Shown: piece after piece, positions 1 through 14,903 of the stretch
How the letters are laid out: every line of letters begins with the position of its first letter
How positions within the stretch are numbered: the first letter of the stretch is position 1
Source: Schmidtea polychroa
Lineage: Eukaryota
Assembly (NCBI GenBank): GCA_044892525.1
Contig: CM097885.1
Coordinates: 16,246,001 to 16,310,000, forward strand
DNA: 64,000 nucleotides
Direction of reading: 5' to 3'
Notes under the pieces: model-generated
The model's database searches: none
What the model was told of the DNA's origin: nothing
Seen by the model: only the letters and a program-made list of their open reading frames with translations
Made by a program: the position numbers and the translations under genes

Positions 1-1270
1 TCCTAATCAAAACGCAATTGGAGCACCTGACGGATGTGCTGAGCATAATATGATAAAGATTATTCCATAAGAAACAACAAAGACATTCACATAATATAGC
101 TGGATATTCAAGACGCCTTCGGATCCATCAAACATGACCTCATATGGCACACTTTAACAGAAATGAATCTTATTGACAAAACCATAAATCTAATAAAAAT
201 AGGTATAATGGCGTAAAGACTTTCTTTGAATGTGAAGGAGAAAAATCATCTTCAGTACCTTTTATAAAGGGGGTTAAACAAGGTTGCCCCATATCTATGA
301 CTATGTTCTGCTTGGCAATTGATTTTATACTAAATTAATCCTAAAAATATCCATTTCATTTCCCTGGACATAAAATCAGCATATAAGCTTACGCAGGCGA
401 TATCGTACCAGTATATGACTCATATATATTACAATTGAAAAAGCACTGGCACAAACAGTTAGCCTTGCACCAGAAGTAAATTTAAATTTTAAACCATCAA
501 AATCAGGATATTTCTCCTTAATAAAAACGGCTGGAATATTTATAGATATTTAGGAGCCGATTTATCTGATAAACATATACATAATATAGACGGAAGGCTA
601 GAACAAGCACTCATAGACACTATGAAGATCTGCCAATCACACCCAGCACAGAAAATCTCAGCCTATCAAATCTTTATAAACTCACATCTAATGTTCACCT
701 TCCGCAATTGTGAAATAAATCATTCGATACTCGATTCAATAAGTAAGAAAGCAGTAATGGGTTTCGACCAAAATTTAGAGCAGTGATTAGAGAAGTATTG
801 CTAGATAAAATATCACAACTGAACTATAGATGAATACCTTATTCAGAGCATTATACATCCAACACGCTCCTTAAACTCGAATGACAGGTTTCAGGAAACT
901 AGTAATATCAGAACTAACACAAGCGAGAGGAAAAACAATTGCGAAGCAGCACTCTCCTGGCTAAATGGTGATTTATCGATCAGGCTCTTAATAAAATATG
1001 CAAATCTATTAAAATTATAGAAATTCAAAGTATTATACAGCTAGGAATAAAGCATCGTGAGAACTGTAAATACTGCTTCATAGACAATCTCCACCAGATA
1101 TCTGAAGAACTTCATAATAAAATAGCTCTAATAAATTCAGAGAAATGGCACAGAAATATATAGCCAAAGCTATTAGCGAAAGCAGATAATTTGACAGACT
1201 CGCAGTTTTTATTCCTAATTTATGCTAGAAACAATTTATTGAAACTTAATAATTCCCCGCATACACCCGT
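1..1270 (+). mobile_element. Decayed RLE-type non-LTR retrotransposon fragment (RT to C-terminal region), related to the element at 22596-27430
   Basis: Manual translation gives QNAIGAPDGCAEHN, LDIQDAFGSIKHDLIWHTL, KGVKQGCP, FKPSKSGYF, matching the 23931-26087 RT; many stops and frameshifts. Confidence 0.85.
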
Positions 1271-1879
1271 TTGCACTGAATAAGCTCATCTGTAATATGG
1301 GTTGGTGTGTACAATCCATTATATTCCAGATGCGTCATAATTTGTGATGTATTTCAGATGGAATTGTTGGGTTTTAGGTAATATAATTCGGTAACCTCTG
1401 ACTCCTCGTGTCCTTTTAATCAAAACAATAAACTACCCAACCTATATTTGAATCACAAAAATATATTCTCTTAACAATAAACAATCAATAATCAAAGTAA
1501 GAACTTTTTCCGATTTCACCACTGATTATTTTTCCATTGAATTTATTAAAAAGAGAGCTTCAAGACTATAAATCAGTAATATATCGATGTTTTATGAAAT
1601 TCACTTGAAAAAGGCAGTGCAGAAAATTCGTGAAGCTCTCTTTATAATAAATTCAATGGAAAAAATAATAAGTGGTGAAATTGGAAAAAAAAGTTCTTAT
1701 AATACATGTTTAAGGATCTTATGCTTGATTTCTCTGAAACCTTCAGAATATGTAAATACTAAAGCGTATTTTTTCACTTTCCGAACTTGACAACATAATA
1801 ACTTCAACATCAATAAGATCATTACCTTCAGACAAACCGATACAAGGATCATGAGTATTCAATATCCATTTATTAACGG

Positions 1880-3230
1880 TCTCTTTTGTCAAGAAAAGAT
1901 TTAGGATATCCATTTTTTAGAAGCAGCACAACCAAATAATTTACACTTTTTACTGAATTGATAAACGTGGATGATAAAAACCATCCCCGAAATTCTAATC
2001 TCTTACCATATTTTGCTTGTATTTATATTCACAAAAGTTTTCAGGCGTAGTATAAAGACCAGTATGAGTCTCTTTTCTGTATATTTCAGTCTGATAGATA
2101 GTCTTTTGTCAAGAAAAGATTTAGGATATCCATTTTTTAGAAGCAGCACAACCAAATAATTTACACTTTTTACTGAATTGATAAATGTGGATGATAAAAA
2201 CCATCCCCGAAATTCTAATCTCTTACCATATTTTGCTTGTATTTATATTCACAAAAGTTTTCAGGCGTAGTATAAAGACCAGTATGAGTCTCTTTTCTGT
2301 ATATTTCAGTCTGATAGATAGTCTTTTTCCTTCCATTGAATAAGTAGATCCAGTAACGGTATGATAAACATTTTGTCTTCTTCATACGAGTTTGATATCT
2401 TTTTGTTCTAATAATTGGAGTTGGCGGTTTTTGTGAAAAATTAAAAACTTGTTATTTATAAATCTTTTGATTAAATATATATTGTTGGTTTCAAGATTTT
2501 TGATGAGAAATTTTAAGATTGATTTAAAGATAGATTTAACTACATGAAAATTTAATATTCATATGCAAATTATTCATATAATCTGAGAAAAGCCTTACAT
2601 GCTCACGATTTTCAAACCCTAACAAAATTTCATCAACATAACGTTTATATACAGTTGGTTTAGTTATATTTTATAATAAAATTTTCTTTTCTAAACTTGA
2701 CATGACAATACACGCCATTGTTGGAGCCAAATAGGAACCCATAGCAACACCACCAACCTGTTTATACCACTTACTGTTACAGAGAAAATTCACATTCGAC
2801 GTTGCAAATTCAAGTAATTTACGAAATGCAATTTCATCAACTTTCTCATGTTCGCTAACTTTATTTCAACATCTTGCAACATAAATCAATCGTTTCTAAT
2901 AAGGAGACATTCGTATAAAGACTACACATATCAAATGATACCATAAATTCATCTGTACTTTTTTTATTCAGCTGCGAAATAAAAGTTGGAAATTCAAAGC
3001 TGTCCTTACATTTAAAATCAGTAATCATTAAAGTTTTTAATAACCCATCCAAAAACTTAGCAATTTTGAATTGAGCAGTTTCTACCATCGACAATACCGG
3101 TATCATGGGTATACCCACTATATGTACTTTAGGTAGTCCATAAAGTTTTGCTGTTTGGGAGCCTTTCGGTTGAAAAGACTTAGCCAAGTCAATGTCCAGA
3201 TGTTTTTTATCTGATAATTCTTTCAACACG
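1880..3230 (-). mobile_element. Penelope-like retroelement RT fragments
   Basis: LYGLPKVH..PM.PVLS, MVSFDMCSLYTNV (2861-3229), WYKQVGGVAMGS (~2730-2775), TEIYRKETHTGLY (~2270-2315). Confidence 0.85.
1882..2327. repeat. Tandem duplication, ~220-bp unit x2
   Basis: tcttttgtcaagaaaagatttagg.. at 1882 and 2102, near identical. Confidence 0.95.
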
Positions 3231-4250
3231 AGAAGGAATTTTGGGAAAAATTTACTTTTTCCAAGTAATTTTTCATAAAATATGTTAAAAGTTATTTACA
3301 GGAAAATCCCTCCAAACTCTAGAAAATTTGCAAATAAAATTTCCCAACTCAAAAAATTTCCCTAAAGTTTTGAAGCTCCTAAAAATATTTTTCGCAAAAA
3401 ATAACGTAATTTTATATATGGTAAAAATTAACTTGTAAATGTTTTTTAAAATATTACTTTATTATAGGAAATCAACCGTATAGGAAATATACAAGATTAT
3501 TACAAGAAAAATCTTCCCAACTCAAATTTTATAATTTTTTTATGACAAAATATTTTAAATATAGATTTAACCACAAAACATGTTGATGTACATTTATTAA
3601 AAAAATACAAAGAGCAAATAATTCAATAACGATTGAATTTCAGTTGGCCAATACTAGAGAATTTCAGACTATTAATTCCAGAAAATATCTGAATGTGAAT
3701 TAAATAAATATTTTTTGACTGTTCACGACAGCGTCAGCATTGCATTTTGCTGGTGTATTTTTGGGTTCAGCATTATGTTATGCGAGCTTAGGTTTCGGAT
3801 TGAATTTTATTGGTTAACAAGGAAATATTATTCGACCTATCAATTTTATCGTCAATGGTAATAAATAAAAAAATTACGGCATTAATTTCTCCCAGAATGG
3901 TGTTCTTGTTCCCGTGTTGAGAAATAAAAATTGGATTAAAAAATATAATTTACAAATTCAAATAAAATCAAATCAAAATCTGTAAATTCAAAACTAACAA
4001 ATACAAATATATGATAACACAACATAAAGGAATATAAAATTTTTTCAATATTCCAGAATTTCCTAGACCAAGAGACATTTATTGGACCAAACCTTATCAA
4101 TCCGTATCAATTACAGTAATTGAAACAAAACTTAATAATAAATTAAAATTTTATATAAATTATACAATTTTTAATTGAACAAATTAAAAAAACAATTTAA
4201 AAATAAAAATTATGAATAAAAAATATATAACACATCAAATCAAAATAGCC

Positions 4251-5480
4251 TAAAGGTACAAAATGTTTTTATAAAAAGTTTTTAAAAATAGTTTTTATAT
4301 AGTAAATGGCGCCTATGGCAAACACCGATCATGCGCCCCCTAATTACTTTTATTTTCTAAAAAACTAATTTAGAATTGGGTAAAAAAAGCACATAAGTTA
4401 AACCTACAGTTGGGTATTTTCCGAGAAAATCACACTCTCGAGATTCGGGATTTCCCGAAACAAATTCTATAGAATTCTCGAGAAGTCGAGAAAATTTAAA
4501 AAACCTATAAAAAATTCTAAAATCAATGTAAAATAAAGAAATTCGAAAAAATATGTTTTTTATTTAAGTAAGAAGTAGTAAACAATTAATTAAAGTAATT
4601 AAAGTCGTAAACAAAATAGTAGTAAAACAAAAATAGTTCAAAACATTATTAAAATAGAATAGAGTATTAAAACAAAAATAATTCAAAAATATTATTTACT
4701 AAAATAAAATTTCAGAAAACACAGACTGTCAATGGCTGCGTCTGACAATCGCGTACGCTTTTGCGAAACAAAATTCCCCGACGTAGAAAAATTGCGCTCA
4801 TTTTGAGTCGAAGTTGGCTTAATTGTATTAAAAGCCCAGATCAGTCTTTGAACAATTTTTGTTTTCTGTCCACTTTTTTCATATATATTTAGTTCGTTTT
4901 TAAATGACGGAAAAAAGTTCGTTTGACGCATGTTGCGCAATGTTTTCTTTTGGTTTGGAGCATTGCTGGACATAGTTTTCAATTTGTTTCGCTATATCTT
5001 CTTCTTCAACGCTGTAGTTCACAATAACAGCATCATCGGCAGAATCAGAAACTGCTTGCTCTTCTTGAATGCTTGTAGAAAAAAGACGAAACAGGTACGC
5101 TTTGGCAGATAAGAAAGATCTGCTAGTTTTCTTTTTAGGCTGGATAGAAACTCGTCGCATAATTCAGTGTGCTGATTCTCCAATTTTGTGAACAATAGTT
5201 TTAGAATAAAATCAGTTGCAAGTAAGTTCACATTTTGGCGGCTGAGAGCTTCGACAGCAACACGAATAAGTTTTAGACCATTAATGATATTCTCACAATG
5301 CTTTTCTTCTGCTACAGTAGTTGCCATAACCGTTAAATTGAGCGTGTCGAGTTCCTGACAAACGTGCTTGCTGATGCGAATGAACCTCGTCAGCATCGAT
5401 TGAAGGCTGTTCCAACGTGTCTTACAATCCAATAGCAAGAAAAGCTCTTTCTGCAAAAGCTCTTTTTCCAAAGTTAAAAC
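4251..5480 (-). mobile_element. hAT DNA transposon remnant (frameshifted transposase and 3' subterminal region)
   Basis: LLLDCKTRWNSL and PTSTQNERNFSTSG..RTRLSDAAIDSLCFLK; 4251-4610 recurs at ~20991-21317. Confidence 0.85.
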
Positions 5481-6292
5481 TCATACTCTGACTCCAAGCG
5501 TGTCTTTGACTAACCCACAAATAACACTTGACAACAGGAATCTTTATTGATGATCACAAATAATTTTCACTTTACTCTGACAATCAATTCAACACTCCGC
5601 TCAGTGACTATACAATGCTTATTGAAACACTCAGTGAAGAATAACACTCGTTTAAAACACCGGATTAAAAGATCCCTGACTACTGATTGGTTTATCGCCT
5701 GGGGCTTTGTTTTCTTTGACATTCATTGACTCTTGATTGATTTTTTATCATTATTTTTTCTTTTTTGTTTATTTATTATTCTTTCAGTTTGTTTCACGAT
5801 TTTTTCTTCTTTCTGTTTTGTTTCTTGACATTTTGTTTCTTACCAAAATTTCAATGTATACCTTGATGTAAATAAATAAATATTACAATAGTTGTTTACT
5901 ATTATCAAGATTTACCTACAAATGGATTTAGCATGAATAATAATTTTTCAACTTTCTATAATTTCGTAAACATTATATTTATTAAAAAACTTGACCTATT
6001 GTGGATAACTCTTGGTGCATGTGATGGTGGATGTATAATAAATATTAATAATAAATAATAATGATTGTTTCAGCCGATTTTGGATGTTTTTTTTGTATCG
6101 CGTGTAATAGACGCGAGTAATAGGTAATTTATATTTTATATGTTATAAGTTATGTTTCTATAGTAATAGATTTAAATCGATCTTTAATTTGTGGAATTTG
6201 GTTTTGATGGTTTGTTAATGGAAGAGCAGGAGTCGTTTGTTTGAACTGGTAAATTGTGTAGAAATTTTGAATTTTTGGTTTTTAGTTGAAAC

Positions 6293-6850
6293 ATGGAAGA
6301 AAATCAAGGCCTGAAATGTCGTATTCCAATGAGCAATATAGCGAAGATTATTTTCTCACCTGAAGGGAGATTATTCCAAGTCGAATATGCATTTAAGGCA
6401 ATTTCATTAGATGGATTGCTTTCCGTTGGTATTCGAGGCAATAATGGTGGTGTAGTAGCTACACAAAGAAAAGTTCGAGATATAATGATTGAGAAGAGTT
6501 CAGCTACAAGATTGTTTAATATTACTGAAAGTACTGGATGGGTTATGACTGGTATGATCCCTGATTGTCGATCTCATGTATGTCGTGCACAATTGGAAGC
6601 AGCTCGATTTAAATATAAAAATGGATATGAAATGCCTTGTGACATAATATGTCGTTGTATCGCGGATATTAATCAGCTCTACACCCAATCGGCTGAGATG
6701 CATCCATTAGGTTGTTCAATGATAGAATTATCTTATGATATTGAGATGGCCAAACCGTTATTATTCAAAACTGATTCCAGTGGCTTTGTAGCTGGACATC
6801 GAGCTTTTGCAGTTGGAGGCTATAAGTTATTTGGAAAAGAAACTACGTAA
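6293..6850 (+). pseudogene. PSMA6: Intronless, truncated proteasome subunit alpha type-6 (alpha1) copy
   Basis: IFSPEGRLFQVEYAFKAI, EAARFKYKNGYEMPCD, YTQSAEMHPLG; normal N-terminus missing and C-terminus frameshifted. Confidence 0.8.
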
Positions 6851-8664
6851 AAATAGAGCGTGTGATACTATCAAATACAGAAAGATCTTTTTGACTTGTT
6901 TTAGACGAAAACAAATGATAGTAATAATAATAATAATCATAATAATAACAAATAATAATAAATAATAATAAAAAGAATAATAATAATAATGCAAAACGAA
7001 GATTCCTTGCCAGTAACATCGATTAAAAATAAAATAATTAATAAATAAAGTTCTAAGTTTTTAATGCAAATTTCTTATTTAATAAAAAACAAAAATGAGA
7101 ATTTTCGACTATGAAATAATCTTATTTAATTGATTGAAAAATAAATAATAAAATTCCACGACTGGTCAATGTAGGTAAGGTGATTGCTTGCCATATATTC
7201 TCAGGAAATGGCCATACTTTGCATTCCGATGGACATGAAGGACATTTTGTATCAGACTATTGCTGGAGGTAATATTTTATATGGATGACACGTGTCAGAT
7301 GCCGGAGAGCCGCAGGAATATCCTAGGTGACGAAATTACTTTGATGGCAACTATTGATTATTCTGATGTCCATAGCATAGAAAGGAACTTATTTACTTCT
7401 TCAATCACCAATGAGAATGAATAATAATTTAACATTATGCCATTGTCGCATCTAATGCTTTACTGATCCATCTCAGCCATGTAGAGGAGCCATTGAAAGC
7501 TTGGTCACACCGCGTGCCAATACTCATGCTCATTGCGGAAAACCCAGTCAAATCGCCTTCATTGCCCTCATAAACATTACACAAATGCACTCAGTCTGGG
7601 ACACATTTCTCGGTATCCGTTCTGAGTAAGCATCCGTTTTGTACAGCTCCTTTCATGCATGCCATCTGATATGTCAGTGTAGGATCTTGTCTGTGTACAA
7701 GTTTCCACACCTTCAAATTGAGGACCTAGAAAGGATAAAATCAAATTCCCTCAACTCGTCATTAATTCATATTCATACACAAGGTAACACCACAGGTAAT
7801 ACTTAGCTAAATATTCTATGCGAATAATTCTTCCTTTCCTAATATTGACGTTTGTAGGATGCGGAATAAGTGATATGCAATTATATTTGTGTCATTGTTG
7901 ATATAACCTGTGGCCCCCATTCCCTCCATTTACCATGTCAGTTACTGTCAAATACTTTATTCTGCAATGGCATAAAATACTTCATTCAATAAACAAATAT
8001 TGAAGACTAAAAATAAGCGTTTCCAAAGCATTTATCACACGGGGCATGGATATAGATGAATGCTACTGACGCCCTGTGACTATTCCATCAACTTTTACAC
8101 ATTCGCTATTGTAGGAAGAACTCTTGATAGAAACCCCTAATAACTCACGTCACAATGTATCAATGCGTTCGATGACACAATAAAGAACAATGAAAGATGA
8201 CCACGACTACTGTGGAATGACATCAGAATGGTCCTGACAATTGCTCAATGGTGTCCATTAATTGAATTAATACTAAAAATTAAAAAACAAATGTAACCAT
8301 AACGAGATCATTAGATCAATATATTAACATTTTATGAAAAATATTTATTTTTATATTTTGACATATTTTTAATTTTTGTTTGCCGTTAAAAATGTTAAAA
8401 TTTTACATTTCGTTATAAAATTATAATTTAAATAATTTTTGTAATATTTAAAATTAATGAGAAAAACATTAGCATTAATAATATTTCGAATTGCTCTAAA
8501 AGCTAAAAAACAATATTTATAAAATGTTTGTTTATCTATTTCAAAATACAAATTATAAATATTGAAATTGTCAACGTCAGAGGAAATAATTAATATAATA
8601 AGTATGATTTATGATTGTTGTAAAATGTTGAAATATTTTGATAATTTTGTTAATTTTAGATAAA

Positions 8665-10224
8665 ATGTTTGCAAGCGTATGGGAAATGATGAGGAGATAT
8701 AAATTTGAATTTGATAATGAAATCAGCAGTGAATTGATATGCAGAATTTGCAAGTGTTTAATGATAAAAGCTTGCAATGCTCCTTGCGGTTGTCGCTTTT
8801 GTTCTGATTGCATTGAACATTATTTGGATGGAAGAGATAAATTCTGCCCAGGAGCATCAAAACATTGTGGAAAGAAAATGATTAATTTCAAAGAGGATGT
8901 TTATAAAGATCATGCAGCCAATTTAAGGATTTCAGAAGTGATAGTGAGATGCCCAATGCAAAATTGTCAATTCAAAGATGAATTAGAAGTGATGGAGAGT
9001 CACATGAGAACATGCAACAAGAGACCAATAAAATGTCCATTCAATAGAATTGGATGCGAAATGAACGAGGTGGATAAGGAAGGCCATAGCAAATTATTGA
9101 TAGATCAGATCAGTAATTTATGAAATTAGATGCAAGCAATGAGAGACGAGAATATGACATTGCGTAATGAAATTATCAATATCAATGTAAATTGTAATTG
9201 TAATTAATTTTATTGATATTTGTGATTGTAGGTGAAACTGGGCAATGTTGAAAGGAAAGAGGCGGAGAACAGAGATGAAATAGAAAAATTGAATGAGGAA
9301 ATGGTGGCATTGAAGAATGAGAATCGCTCATTGAGAATGGAGATGGAGACAAATATTGGAACAATCAATCAAGTTTGATTATTGATTTGATTTATTATTG
9401 ATTTTTTATTGATGCAAAGCAGGTCAGACAGCAAATTGAGGCGATTGAATCAAAATGTCAACAGCAAATTGATGATATGAAAGAGAAATGCGAGCAGCGG
9501 CTGCAACAGGGGAATGGAAAGGTGATTTATTGATTTATTGAAATATTTGAATTTGAGATTCAGTTGCAGCTTGAAATGGCGAAATGCGCCAATGAAATTC
9601 GGCAGAATGAATCAAAATGTCAACAGCAAATTGATGAGATGAAAGAGAAATACGAGCAGCGGCTGCAACAAGGGAATGAAAAGGTGATTTATTGATTTAT
9701 TGAAATGTTTGAATTTGAGATTCAGTTACAGCATGAAATGGCGAAATGCGCCAATGAAATTCATTTGAATGAAACAAAATTAGCAAATGAAAAATATATA
9801 AATTATGGATTTTTTGAATGGCAAATCGATAAATTTTCACAAGCAAAGAGAAATGAAGATATTTACAGCGAGGCATTTTATTCCGGGCCAATCGGTTACA
9901 AAATGTGCTTGTGGGTGCTGATTAGGGGTGATGTTGGTTTGGGCTGGTTTCTGTTTGGTGCGTGGGGCAAATGATGAGCAATTGGATTGGCCGTTCAATC
10001 AATCCGTGACAATCGATGTGATCGATCCAGCAAATGGCAGCATTTATATGAGCAAGTCAAGGAAATATTCAGATTGCCCTGATGCAGCCGGATGGGGGAA
10101 ACCGTCACAAGACAGAAATGATCCAATTGGCTTTTATAATTATTATCATGATGCCATCTCAATCTATCAATTAGCAGCCAAAAGTGATAAATTGCTGCTC
10201 AGGTGCAGAATTGAAAAATTATGA
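8665..10224 (+). pseudogene. TRAF-family gene copy A (RING, TRAF Zn finger, coiled coil, MATH), disrupted
   Basis: Relative to copies B and C: 11-codon deletion near 9077, stops TGA 9121 and TAG 9127, frameshift near 9930 in MATH. Confidence 0.85.
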
Positions 10225-12479
10225 CAAATTTAAAAAAACATTTCAATAAAGAATTTATTTTGGGTTTTGATTTGTTTTATTGTTTGCCTTTTTTTATTAT
10301 ATTTTTATTATATTTATTATATGAGATTATTATTGTGGTAATTATTGTCATTCTCGCCTTCCATCCGATATCATCATCATCACGTGGCGGAGCGCTCACA
10401 GCAAATTGCCAATTGCAATATCAACATCAATTATATAATTAAATAAAAGCAATTTAATTAAATCAAAAACATTTAATATAAATTAATTTGAATAATTATT
10501 ATAATTAAATTAATAATTAATTTGAAAGAAATGAAATTAAAATTCACCCGAATATAAGCGCTGACAAATCGCCTCAACAAATCAAACGCTCCTATGACGA
10601 GTGGAACCAACGAGAAAACCGCCGCTGATGTTATGTGAGTTTTGGATAAATTATTGCTGTACTGAATGGCAGTAAAATGCACCTAAATGCAATACTAACA
10701 CTGCGTTATATCAAATTGATAAATGCCTTAACATTTCGCCAGCTATTTGTGAGGCATTTAAACGAAAATCCGCAACAAAAATACTGATCAAATGTTCTAA
10801 ATTTGCTTTCACATCTGCTTTGATAAGTTTACCAAAATTAGAGCTGTTGATTCGATGAGGGCAATCAATAAACTCTATAACATTCTGTTACGAATTCTTT
10901 TAATAATCTTTCATAAAATTTAGATCGCTTAAAGGTGTCGAGTCAGATTTACTAATAATATTATTATTAATATAAAAATAATAATAATTGTACTGAGATC
11001 CTTTTTAAGAGCTAGTGACCTGATTTAATATTAAATAATGTAAGATTTCATAAATTTATTCACTTTTTCATTCGCTAAATTTTCAAATAGAATATTATTA
11101 AAACAAAAAAGATTTCATGTAAATTAATATTTAAATTCACAAATTTGATAAATTTTATGAATGAATTTTACTTATTAACAAACAACGAAATTTATCTTGA
11201 ATTCTTGAAATTATAAAAAGTATAAGATAATAAGGAAACTAGATGGATCTTAATTCGAAAGGATGCAAGAAATTCAATAGGTACATAGAAGTTGAAGATT
11301 ATTAAAATCAAACTTACAAGTTTTGGGATCAGTGACTTAACCAAGGACAGGGGTTAGGGGGATTAAACCTCCCATTAAATTAAACATGTACAATTATTTG
11401 TCGACGTCAAGTGCCTAAAATATCATCCACCTACATTAAAAATAAAAAAACACTTTTTTACTTTATTTTATTGTAAATATAATACTGTGACATATGTCTC
11501 TACTCTATAGTCTACACTCTCAGTACATTGTGATTATTTATTTTGTTAAATTTTGTTTTGGCGATTTTTTTCTGATGTTCAATAAGTTATCTCCGTACTT
11601 AATGGAGTCAGCGAATAACGTGATTTTTAATACAGACACCTTTATCATGAAGACCTTCGTGCCTTCGAAACCCTCATACGTCCACGCTTGAAATATTTGA
11701 CCATAATATTAATAAATATTTCTCAACTCCAACCCCCATCCCTTTCATAAATGCCTGGCTACGTTGGAATATTAATTGAGTTTCGGTTGGGAAATAACTC
11801 AGAATCTGGCGAGAGTGTTATTTTAATGTCCGAGAGTCGCTGATAGATTTCTCATTAGCCCATACTTAAACGCTTATATGAATATTTTACATTTTACCAT
11901 CAATATACCCATGTGAACCACCTTGTTTGGAATATACGCAATCGTTGAAAATCATTAAGCAAGTGAGCTCAATTTCTAAAGATGGGTTACGAATTGTGAG
12001 AACAATCTATGTTTATCTTTGGTTATTATTTAAATTAAAATTAATAAATGATTATATTTTGAAAATTCAGATTAAATTTACACTCTTATAAAAAATTAAT
12101 TAAAATTTTTTTTTAACTAGAAATCTTAAATAATAACCATAAATGACAGAATTAGCAAATTGAGATCCACAAAAGGTTACAATGAAATACAAAATGGCAA
12201 GATTCCCTAAGTCGTAAGGCATTGAAACCTTCACTTAATTGTTTATTTACCCACTAGTATACTATCAGCTTACCTTGCCAATACCCCCCTTGCATGTATT
12301 ACACAATTCTCGGGTAGCTGATGGTGACGTAATCACACATATTATTATGTAACCATTGAGTTTTACATAAAACATGTGATCATCATCTAGTTTGGTTTGA
12401 CATTTTTCATGAACTCTTGTCAGGTTTATGCTAAAACCTTGCTATTTCTGTGATGGACAGCCAATGAATATTTTATAGT

Positions 12480-12795
12480 CTCCTTCAGTTCGAGGTGGCG
12501 ATGAAATTAATGGGAATAAGCACATACTAGTTTTTAGTGATTACTTTACCAAATGGGCAGAGGCATTTCTCACTAAAGATGAAACAGCAGAAACAGTAGC
12601 CAAATTACTTGTAGAAAAAATAATCTTTAAAATCGGTACACCGAGGAAAATATTAACGGATAAAGGAAAAAATTTCATGAGTGAAACTATAAAAAGAGTA
12701 GCTAACATATTTAACATGCATAAAATCAACACAACAGCATACCACCATCAGAATGATGGGTTAGTAGAAAGATTCAATGGGACATTGCTAAGGCT
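12480..12795 (+). mobile_element. Gypsy LTR-retrotransposon integrase fragment
   Basis: Manual translation DYFTKWAEAF..ILTDKGKNFMS..TTAYHHQNDGLVERFNGTL (DDE core). Confidence 0.85.
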
Positions 12796-13382
12796 AATCA
12801 ATTAAAATTACGTGTCAAGTAGGCATTGTATTGATCACAGATTTCATAAAGTCATACAAAAATTCGTTACAATTTAATTTTTATTGTGTTAAATCTAATC
12901 CAATTAATCAATATTGCTTTGTGCATTTGACATTTTATCATTACACCTTTTATCACAATAAAATGTGAAAATGTCAATATGGGGCTCACAGAAACATTGT
13001 ACACATCAGAAAGTGTCAGACAAATATTTGTAACCATAACGAGATCATTAGATCAATATATTAACATTTTATGAAAAATATTTATTTTTAATTTGTATTT
13101 GCCGTTAAAAATGTTAAAATTTTACATTTCGTTATTAAATTGTAATTTAAATAATTTTGTAATATTTAAAATTAATGAGAAAAAAATTAGCATTAATAAT
13201 ATTGCGAATTGGACTAAATACTAAAAAACAATATTTATAAAATATTTGTTTATCTACATCAAAATACAAATTATAAATATTGAAATTGTCAACGTCAGAG
13301 GAAATAATTAATATAATAAGTATGATTTATGAATGTTGTAAAATGTTGAAATATTTTGATAATTTTGTTAATTTTAGATAAA

Positions 13383-14903
13383 ATGTTTGCAAGCGTATGG
13401 GAAATGATGAAGAGGAATAAATTTGAATTTGATAATGAAATCAGCAGTGAATTGATATGCAGAATTTGTAACTGTTTAATGATAAAAGCTTGCAAAGCTC
13501 CTTGTGGTTGTGGCTTTTGTTCTGATTGCATTGAACATTATTTGGATGGAAGAAATAAATTCTGTCCAGGAGCAGCAAAACATTGTGGAAAGAAAATGAT
13601 AAATTTCAAAGAAGATGTTTCTGAAGATCACGCAGCCAATTTAAGGATTTCAGAAGTGATAGTGAGATGCCCAATGCAAAATTGTCAATTCAAAGATGAA
13701 TTAGAGGTGATGGAGAGCCACATGAGAACATGCAAAAAGCAACCAATAAAATGTCCATTCAATAGAATTGGATGCGAAATGAATGAGGTGGTAAAGGATG
13801 AAATGAAAGTCCATCTCAATGAGAACACTGAAGGCCATAGCAAATTATTGATTGATCAGATCAGTAATTTATGCAATGAGATGCAAGCAATGAGAGACGA
13901 GAATGTGACATTGCGTAATGAAATTATCAATATCAATGTAAAATTTTATTTGTAATAAATTTTATTGATATTTGTGATTGTAGGTGAAATTGGACAATGT
14001 TGAAAGGAAAGAGGCGGAGAACAGAGAGGAAATAGAAGAATTGAATGAGGAAATGGTGGCATTGAAGAATGAGAATCGCTCATTGAGAATGGAGATGGAG
14101 ACAAATATTGGATCAATCAATCAAGTTTGATTATTGATTTGATTTATTATTGATTTGTTATTGATGCAAAGCAGGCCAGACTGCAAATTGAGGCGATTGA
14201 ATCGCCTCAAATGAGAGAAATAATTCAATTGGCATTTTTAATTATTATCTTGATACTCATGTCAGCTCAAATTCGGCAGAATCAAACAAATTGTCAAAAG
14301 CAAATTGATGAGATGAAAGAGAAATGCGAGCAGCGGTTGCAACAGGTTAATGAAAAGGTGATTTATTGATTTATTGAAATATTTGAATTTGAGATTCAGT
14401 TGCAGCTTGAAATGGCGAAATGCGCAAATGAAATACGGCAGATTGAAACAAAATTAGCAAATGAAAAATATATAAATTACGGATTTTTTGAATGGCAAAT
14501 CGATAAATTTTCACAACAAAAGAGAGGTGATTATTTTTATAGCGAGGCATTTTATTCCGGGCCAATCGGTTACAAAATGTGCTTGGCGGTGGAGATTAGG
14601 GATAATTGGGTTTGGTCTGGTTTCTGTTTGATGCGTGGGGCAAATGATGAGCAATTGGATTGGCCGTTCAAACAATACGTGACAATCGATGTGATCGATC
14701 CAGAAAATGGCAGCATTTATATGAGCAAGTCAATAAAATATTCAGATTTGCCTGATGAAGCCGGATGGGGGAAACCTTCACAAGATAGAAATGATCCAAT
14801 TGACATATATTATTATCCTGATGCCATCTCAATCTATAAATTAGCAGCCAAAAGTGATAAATTGCTGCTCAAGTGCAGAATTGAAAAATTATGGCAAATT
14901 TAA
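13383..14903 (+). CDS. TRAF-family protein copy B, apparently intact, spliced (exons ~13383-13937, 13984-14124, 14175-14357, 14400-14903)
   Basis: RING CRIC..PCGCGFC..C, Zn finger CPMQNC..H..C, coiled coil, MATH (FYSGPIGYKMCL, GANDEQLDWPF); GT-AG introns of 42-50 nt keep the frame. Confidence 0.85.

Noticed and set aside
7150..8260. GC-richer decayed coding-like region
   Set aside because: No open frame or motif I can assign with confidence
11330..11770. Possible MITE with degenerate ends
   Set aside because: Terminal repeats too degenerate and no TSD identified
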